Of a DNA stretch of 64,000 bases, positions 59,101 to 64,000 are shown piece after piece. The translations under genes and the position numbers were made by a program. A model generated the notes under the pieces. It was given only the letters and a program-made list of their open reading frames with translations, made no database searches and was not told the DNA's origin. This stretch comes from Macrostomum hystrix (lineage: Eukaryota; Animalia; Platyhelminthes). Positions within the stretch are counted from its first letter, which is position 1. Every line of letters begins with the position of its first letter. The stretch is from positions 4,650,001 to 4,714,000 of the forward strand of contig CATNEN010000002.1 in NCBI GenBank assembly GCA_950097015.1, written 5' to 3'.

Positions 59101-60501
59101 GCGTGATTTTCGCACATCCGAAACTGGCGATTTCGTCGCTCGGTTAAAGTCACAGTGTTCTACGTGGGAAAATACAGAAATACGAGAACATCTGTACGCA
59201 CTGTGTCAAACCATCGCCAACCCAAACCTATCTTACGTAATTCAACATCTGCCTCAGTAGGACCTGGGCAATTCGCTCGCTTTCGTTTCCGGCTTAACTG
59301 GAGCAGTTAGCGTTCTTCAGCAAGATGCTGTTACAAATCAGTGCCAGTATGTGCTGGTCAAAACGGAGCTGGTTGTTGCGCCTTAAATCCAGTCCAATAA
59401 GCTAGTCCATGGACTGAGCTGCTGTTGTACGAACAGATTCGGCTGCATATCTGTCCCAACTTCTATCTTAACTGATGGAAATTAAGAAAAGAGGACTTTA
59501 AAACTTTAAAATGGTCTTGATCATCGTTATACAAGCAATAAAAGAAAGTTATTGAGCCAAACATGACACAAAACCTTAATAAATTTGATGCAGTTCGTTA
59601 TTTTCATAAATGATTATATTTATTAGCAGAAAAACAATGAAATAAAGCATACTTTTTCATAAGGACATACACAGAAAATACTAAATAACAACCACATCAA
59701 CTACAGAAACAACAAACAAAAGAGATAACAGAGGAAATAAATAAAATGCTGATTCTAAAGTCTTAAATAATCAAAAAATGTATCTAAAGATAAAACTTTG
59801 GAAGACTTCAAAACAAAACGGAAGCAGAGTAAATTCCTGGTTAAATTACTAGCTTAACAGACACCTGTAATAACAATTGACAGCTTGCATGGAATATTAT
59901 AAGGGAAGACACCAAAGCAAAAATAATAAAATGAGTGCTTATCAAGTCAGATATATTATAACGTAGCATAAAAACAACTACCTTATAGTAATTTCTTGAA
60001 CCAACACCATTAAACTAGAAACAGCTAGCATTTTACAGAATCGGTGTCGTGAAAAAGTTTTCGAAAAGATATTGAGCCAGTGTATCTGATCTGATATGTG
60101 GTCAGTTGAGAGATAAATATTTTAGTACACTTAATTACTTTTCTATTGCTTGAATAGAAAGGTGAAATGGACAATCAGCCGGAATTGACAAACATTAAAA
60201 CCAGGCGACTCCATGGCTTCAGCCAGGAGTGTGAAAAGTAGCCACATCGTGATTGGTCAGAGATGTCACTTGAAATGACGTCATCGCTATTTTTAGCCAC
60301 GACTGTACAGTGATTGAGACAGACCCATTGGTGGCATTGCATGTTTACTTAGATGCTTACATAGATTTACACGTAAGTGACTCATTCCCAGCTTAAGCGC
60401 TAATCTAATTGGTAACAGTAAATAAATCAAGCCTATTATAGTCCAACAATGTATAATTTATTACTCAAAAATGTATGTTTACATTTTTGGAGATAATGCT
60501 T

Positions 60502-63500
60502 CTAGTCCAGCTGTAGCAATGGCTCATCAAACTTAACCGCAGACGCAGGCGGCTCTTGACCGCTGCCACCGCCGCCGCCGCCGCCGCCACAGTCCAGCAT
60601 CTCGTCGTCTTTAGCGGCGGAGTGGCCGAATTCTCCACCGCCATCTAGTTCTTCGTCGTCGTCGGCGAATTCCTCGTGCAGCGGAGTGGTGCTCTGGTAC
60701 TGGAATGTACTCTTAGTGAGATCCATCTCGATGGGAAAGATTCGACAGGCCTTCATCATCTCGTGACAGTCGGTGTGGTAGGCGCTCATGGCCTGCACCA
60801 GACGCTGCAGCTGGGAGACCGTGTCCTGAACTGCAGGCAACCAGGGGAGGGTAGGTACGAGTAAGTACATTTGTCTACGAGACACAATCAGTCCACTATC
60901 GATTAATGTTTATAAATGCTCATCATACTGTGCTAGCATCATATGGTCTGCAGAGCTGTGATGGAGGGTTTAACGTAAGATTCATGACCGAAGGATTGTT
61001 AGCCTTGTGGTTAGAGCAGCTTAAAGGTCGTTGGTTCGATTCCCGATTCAACTGGATCGATTTGGATCCTTTAGCAAGACACTCAACTCTGCATTGCTTT
61101 AGTTGACGGTGGGTGTGGTCGTGTTGGCGTCCAACCAGTCCATGGACTGAACAGTTGTACGCAGCATTTTAAAGTTGGACATATTTAAACTTAATCTGGC
61201 ACATTATTTGAATGCAAATCAAATAGTTATTGAAGCCCCTACTCACCGTGCTTGTTGTCCAGGAGTTCAATCTTCACTAGCACATCGTTGCGCATCTTTG
61301 CGAAGCGGCTTCTGGCCTCCTGGCGGCAGCGTAATATCAGCCTGTGGAATAGTGCGGGGAGGTGGGTGGCAGAGCAGTTATCGCGTTTGCCTCTCGCACC
61401 ACGGTCCCTAAGTTCGATTCCACGGCGAGACCACATTTATTTGAGGCGCAGCCGCGAGAGAAGGCTTGAGGGCTTGTCATGCAATTTACACCCTTGTGGG
61501 CCAACCTCCAAGGCACAGGTAAATGTACACTGCCTGACGATGAGAAAGTCAGGCCTCAGGGCAGATGTACACACCTGTGTGAGCATGAGCCTGCGTACAG
61601 TATCTGTGTGCGTGTGTGCTCAGGAGGGAGCGAAATGGGCAGAATTGCCTCCTCGCTGGCTACAGGTCTAGTGTCACTAAATTATGTGCCACTGCCCGCA
61701 GCCCTCCTGCAATTATTATTATTATTATTATTATTATTATGTGGAATAGTGCGATAAGAAGTACACCGAGACAAGGCTTTAGGGGCCATAGTGTCAATTC
61801 GGCCAACGGTGGGAAACTAGGAGGCTGTTGCTATTTTTAGATTCACAAAAATACACACTCAGGAAGTCCTCTAGTCACATGAGTCAGTTTCTATTTTGAG
61901 AACTCACGTGACTCTCGCGGACCCTTGTGTATTTCACCCTTTCTAAAAGAGCTTACACCTAACCCAGATGAAGTCAGATGTACAGCCAGCGGCGATCTCC
62001 AGGTGCTATGTCCATGGACTGGGAGGATAATGCCAACACCCTTCTAAAATTTGAGATCAGAACTCCGGACTCAACGGTTAGAAATCCAAAGCTTAAAATA
62101 CGGTGCTAAACCCATACCTCACCGTCGGTCATCAGATGGCAATATAAAAAGCATTTGTATACAATCACCCCATTAATTTGATTTGAGTAGCTGCACAATT
62201 TATGGAATAATAATAATAAATGCTGGAGGGCTGCGGGCAATGGCGCATCATTTGGTGACACTAGACCCGCAGTCAGCCAGGAGGCATTTCTGCTCATTTC
62301 GCCGACTCATGAGCACACACGCACAGAGGCAGTGTATGCGGGCACACGCTCACACAGGTGTGTACAATTTTACTGTGCCTTGAAGTTTGGCCCTCAATGG
62401 TGTAAATAGCAGGACAAGCAACCAAGCCTTCTCTCCGCGGCTGCGCCCCAAATAAATGTGGTCTCGCCGCGGAATCGAGCTCAGGGACCTTCGTGCAAGA
62501 GCCAAAGGCGTTAACCGTTCTGCCACTCACCCCTGCACTACTTACCTGTACTCATAGTTGCCTGTCTCCACCCGGTACAGAGGCTCCTGCAGAGCTATGT
62601 AGCTGTATTCCTCATCGTCCATCTCCTTCACTTTGAGACAGTAGGACTAAAAAACGGTTAATTATGATTATAAAAAGTATTATATAAGTGTTTCGCAGAA
62701 CAACAGAATCAAGCATCTCATTCTCTAGCTAGTAGACTAGCTACTAAACAATACGCACCAGATATTCAAACTTGCTGTCCAGATATTTTTTTATAGTCAG
62801 CTTGGTATCAGGCACTGCCTTAGTGACAAAAGTGTTCATATCGCTAATCATCTGGAAGTATAAATCATGTAAAGTGTCCTTGAGTGTCAAGATTTTGTTA
62901 TTACTGAGAATGATAATGAGCAAGCTCGAGCAAACTCACCGGTTTGATGGTCCTCAGACAGTCGATGGCCGCCTGCTCCATCCGGCGGTGAATGCTGCCA
63001 AAGTGCGAGAATGCCTCTGATGCGCGCGGCTGCGGCTCCTTGACGCCAATCTCGGAGAACACCTCGCCGAATGCGCGCTGCACCTGGCTGAGCCGGTAAA
63101 AAGACTTGATCAGCGCCTTGGCGTGACTCATAAGGCCGAAAAACATGCCCGCTGTGCTGTTCATCTCCTCCAGCTTCTTGATTAGACCGTCTGGCAGAAT
63201 TCAACAAGCAAGGTTTTTACAGGCGAGTGGATGATGAGCTGGTTGAAGAGGCTGGGTGAATAGATGGAAGCTCGTTAAAAAAAACTGGGTGAGTAGATGA
63301 TGAGCTGGGTGAGTAGATGAGCTGGTTGAAGAGGCTATGTGAGTAGATGAGGAGCTGGTTGAGTAGATGAGGAGCTGGTTGAAGTGGCTGGGTGAGTAGA
63401 TGAGGAGCTGGGTGAGTAGATGAGGAGCTGGTTGAAGTGGCTGGGTGAGTAGATGAGGAGCTGGGTGAGTAGATGAGGAGCTGGGTGAGTAGATGAGGAG

Positions 63501-63976
63501 CTGGTTGAGTAGATGAGGAGCTGGTTGAAGTGGCTGGGTGAGTAGATGAGGAGCTGGGTGAGTAGATGAGGAGCTGGTTGAAGTGGCTGGGTGAGTAGAT
63601 GAGGAGCTGGGTGAGTAGATGAGGAGCTGGTTGAGTAGATGAGGAGCTGGTTGAAGTGGCTGGGTGAGTAGATGAGGAGCTGGGTGAGTAGATGAGGAGC
63701 TGGTTGAAGTGGCTGGGTGAGTAGATGAGGAGCTGGGTGAGTAGATGAGGAGCTGGGTGAGTAGATGAGGAGCTGGGTGAGTAGATGAGGAGCTGGATGA
63801 GAAGATGAGCTGCGGGTTGAAGATTATAAGTTAATGAATACGTTAGATTCTAGTTCTGTTGCAGTCAGTCAATAAAGAAGGCTCACCATTGACTAGGATG
63901 GCTCGAGACAGGCCTAGAGCATCAGCTGTAGTACTGGACATGGACTCAACCACTCTGTGCTTTGCCTTTTTTAGCA
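60502..63976 (-). CDS. PICK1: PICK1, 3' portion (BAR/arfaptin-homology domain and acidic tail); exons 63887-63976, 62940-63190, 62759-62851, 62546-62646, 61247-61341, 60502-60830; PDZ exons lie beyond the window
   Basis: KHRVVESMSSTTADALGLSRAIL, KAVPDTKLTIKKY, SYCLKVKEMDDEEY, GNYEYRLILRCRQEAR, KHVQDTVSQLQR, FPIEMDL; junctions are in phase. Confidence 0.95.
60990..61170 (+). mobile_element. SINE family A copy (PICK1 intron)
   Basis: A-box TAGCCTTGTGGTTAGAGC, B-box GGTTCGATTCCC, TTTAGCAAGACACT, CAGTCCATGGACTGAAC. Confidence 0.8.
61357..61739 (+). mobile_element. Full-length SINE family B with a 14-bp TSD
   Basis: tRNA-like head with B-box AGTTCGATTCC, (ATT)n tail, TSD TGTGGAATAGTGCG at 61343-61356 and 61740-61753. 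Confidence 0.92.
62205..62535 (-). mobile_element. SINE family B copy, inverted relative to 61357-61739
   Basis: Minus-strand head GGGGTGAGTGGCAGAACGGTTAACGCC...GAGCTCGATTCC, with the same core and tail. Confidence 0.85.
63230..63810. repeat. ~20-bp compound minisatellite (GAGTAGATGAGGAGCTGGGT interspersed with TGAAGTGGCTGGG) in a PICK1 intron
   Basis: Tandem units visible. Confidence 0.93.
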
Positions 63977-64000
63977 CTGAAAGCGTGATTTTGAGTGAGC

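Overview
Animal (metazoan) genomic DNA with short GC-rich exons and AT-rich introns. Most introns of the conserved genes carry their own tandem minisatellite. The style suggests a Macrostomum-type flatworm, but that is an inference and not a database result. Splicing by hand with GT-AG junctions and phase checks gives four conserved genes: a complete DNA polymerase nu-like gene (- strand, 8 exons, ~862 aa), CHMP2A/Vps2 (+, 2 exons), a complete PARP1 (-, 11 exons, ~1006 aa) and the 3' part of PICK1 (-, runs off the window end). Less ordinary content: (i) a spliced gene joining an intact DD35D pogo/CENP-B-type transposase in frame to an OTU cysteine-protease domain and a Tudor-like tail; (ii) two tandem paralogous intronless ORFs of an unrecognised family, one with four ~127-aa CBM20-like repeats that differ mainly in one hypervariable patch; (iii) an intronless gene nested antisense in a PARP1 intron with a PKI-like RRNA pseudosubstrate motif, followed ~1.1 kb later by a perfect histone 3' stem-loop with no histone gene; (iv) a multi-Ig-domain gene whose conserved Trp codon is TGA; (v) a 36-bp repeat ORF that reads acidic in one frame and basic in the next. 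Mobile DNA includes two tRNA-derived SINE families, a TTAA-flanked MITE family, a hAT/Charlie MITE with a perfect TSD, a truncated RTE LINE and a probable tyrosine-recombinase remnant. All coordinates were counted by hand and may be off by a few bases.
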